From Thermoproteota archaeon (GTDB lineage: Archaea; Thermoproteota; Bathyarchaeia; Bathyarchaeales; JAYEKF01), in the NCBI GenBank assembly GCA_034660895.1, contig JAYEKF010000013.1, positions 1-48,211 on the forward strand: a DNA stretch of 48,211 bases, read 5' to 3'. This document shows positions 45,155-48,211 of this stretch, piece by piece; positions within the stretch are counted from its first letter, which is position 1, and every line of letters begins with the position of its first letter. The notes under the pieces were generated by a model that was not told the origin of the DNA, did no database searches, and saw only the letters and a list, made by a program, of their open reading frames with translations. Made by a program: the position numbers and the translations under genes.

Positions 45155-45830
45155 TTAACAGTTCCCTCTGATGGTATTATTAAAGGATTGGATGCTCGTC
45201 TTTTGCTGTATTTTTACCAAGAGTGCCCCTGATTCTTTTTCTTTCGTCGCCCACACCGAGGGCGCTAGTGCCCATAGTTGGTCGTCGTGTGTGTTCGGTG
45301 GGTGCCAGAATCTTAACTGTCCTGTCTTCGAGTATTCGTATTATCGGCTGTTCATCAGTTGGCAAAGCCTATGGTCGTAAGACATCTTGAACAGTCTTTG
45401 CTCTATCTTCACCCTTCAGGTAACTCAGCATTTCCGCCTTGCTCCCAGCTGTGAACTCAACGCCCTTCACGTTCCGAAGCCCTGCGCCATGACCCCCTCC
45501 ACAACCGCCTCGCCAACCCCACCCTTGTCCACTAAGACCCTGCGAAAACGAAACTTCTCACAATCAACATTCATCCCTTAGAATCCTCTTCTTCCTACGC
45601 TTCCCACCACCGCCCAAAACTACATCCGTACACTTCTTCGGAGCCCTCGCCAACAACTTCGCCATACTCTTCTTATCCATCCGCCCAACTCCCGCCTTCC
45701 ACATCAACTTATTCAACGTACCCGTCACCGTAGCCAAAACATCCCGAGCATAAACACGTACATCCTTAATCGCACCAACAGGAGTCGCATTCTAATGATA
45801 CGCCCCAGCCCCATCAACACATCCTTAGCA
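45155..45830 (-). pseudogene. remnant of a terminase large-subunit-like RNase H-fold nuclease domain
   Basis: Hand translation gives VDGAGAYH* / NATPVGAIKDVRVYARDVL... / RVLVDKGGVGEAVVEGVMAQGFGT* / NVKGVEFTAGSKAEMLSYLKG / KIEQRLFKMSYDHRLCQLMNSR*YEYSKTGQLRFWHPPNTHDDQLWALAPSVWA. The order and the terminal HDD...W.A block match the C-terminal nuclease half of tailed-virus terminases. There are at least two frameshifts and one in-frame TAA. No ATPase half is present. Confidence 0.45.
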
Positions 45831-45951
45831 ACAACCAAATGTTTAGTTCTCCCCCCTCCAAACCCAAAAAGAAAACAGAAATGGGGTGGGAAGAAAAGAT
45901 CCGAGACGTTTCGACAGTTAAAGAAGATTCTAACGTTCCTTTAAACGGTGG

Positions 45952-46203
45952 TTAACCCGCTTTTTCTTTTGCTGCAATTTTTTGGCTTATCTCTAAACGT
46001 TCCTTTTCGCGCATTTGTTCCGCTGTATACGCTATTAGCTCCTTAAACCGAGCGTTGGATAAGACGCAACTCGCCCTCGCCAAAATCTCTAAGCAAATCT
46101 CCTTAAAAACCAAGTCTGCGCAACCCAACTTGGCGTCGTCAACTAAATCTTTGCAAGATTGGAAAATCATTTCTTCCACTTTCCCACCCCGCAAAAGCAA
46201 CAT
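45952..46203 (-). CDS. hypothetical protein
   Basis: 83-aa ORF with no recognisable motif. It lies between the 16S 3' flank and the terminase remnant. Confidence 0.3.
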   Translation of the reverse strand: MLLLRGGKVEEMIFQSCKDLVDDAKLGCADLVFKEICLEILARASCVLSNARFKELIAYTAEQMREKERLEISQKIAAKEKAG

Positions 46204-46460
46204 CTGTGAACCGCACCATTAAAACTTATGACGTAAAAATCTGAATTCAAAATAAACCTTTTAACTTCATTTCCTACGCATCAAAACAAACACATGCGAA
46301 CTGTAAATCCGAAAATCGAGGCAAAAATTAAGAAAGTGACGTTTTTCTCGTTTGTTTATCCCTGCACCTGATAAAATCCATCCTAACCGTGTTATATTTT
46401 ATCGTTAATGTAACAGCCACTTAAAATTAGAAAACATTAGTCTTGACGCTAATTTCCCCT

Positions 46461-46470
46461 CCAACCAGCC
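46461..46470 (-). other. 3' half of the 16S rRNA processing stem
   Basis: Plus-strand CCAACCAGCC here is the exact complement of GGCTGGTTGG at 48015-48024. In the minus-strand precursor the two 10-mers bracket the 16S. Confidence 0.55.
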
Positions 46471-46488
46471 GCGCAAACCGTTTAACGT

Positions 46489-47987
<1,499 letters not shown>

Positions 47988-48014
47988 TTGTTGGTTTGGG
48001 AATGTACGGTATGT

Positions 48015-48024
48015 GGCTGGTTGG
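48015..48024 (-). other. 5' half of the 16S rRNA processing stem
   Basis: GGCTGGTTGG, the complement of 46461-46470, lies 28 nt upstream of the mature 5' end on the minus strand. Confidence 0.55.
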
Positions 48025-48211
48025 TTTTTGGGGTTAGCGCCAAGCCTTTGTTCGGACCTAACTTTTTTGGTTAGGTCTTCATATTTGTTTCCGTAGTTGG
48101 AGGTCAACCTTTTCATTCTTGGTGGACGTGTTTTCGTCTTTTTTTTGTCTGGGTTGACACGCCGTCGCAGGTGCTACGGATGTTTGTTTTTTGTGTTTTC
48201 TGCGTTTATAT

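Noticed and set aside
46204-46488. Search for ITS, tRNA-Ala or the start of a 23S downstream of the 16S
   Set aside because: The region is AT-rich spacer with no tRNA cloverleaf or 23S 5' motifs. This supports the orphan-16S interpretation.

Overview
Archaeal chromosomal segment. Evidence: archaeal-type 16S rRNA, RNase P RNA, intron-containing tRNAs, FEN1, Dph5, TiaS, and archaeal AlaRS/LeuS. The tRNA intron style and the 16S sequence suggest a TACK/Thermoproteota-like lineage, possibly Bathyarchaeia; this is inference only. There are about 45 protein genes, mostly housekeeping and tightly packed on both strands. Two accessory patches stand out. (i) 26.8-33.3 kb, directly downstream of tRNA-Arg, is a secreted-protein island. 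It holds an S8 subtilase, a PPC-domain protein, three Ig-like (BsuPI-like) domains and small membrane proteins, and every transcription unit is preceded by a copy of the same 25-135 nt leader module. (ii) 41.8-46.4 kb, next to an orphan 16S rRNA gene, is decayed mobile-element/provirus-like DNA: a terminase nuclease remnant, a multiply frameshifted ABC-type ATPase, a retropepsin-like protease and tiny Zn-ribbon/Sm-like ORFs. The most unusual single observation concerns pcm. The gene is split by a 31-nt insert lying exactly inside the conserved SAPH|MV motif. The insert folds into a 3-nt bulge / 4-bp helix / 3-nt bulge with the same geometry as the tRNA introns in this window, so it is a candidate endonuclease-spliced intron in a protein-coding gene. 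All product calls rest on my reading of motifs in the translations; no database search was possible.
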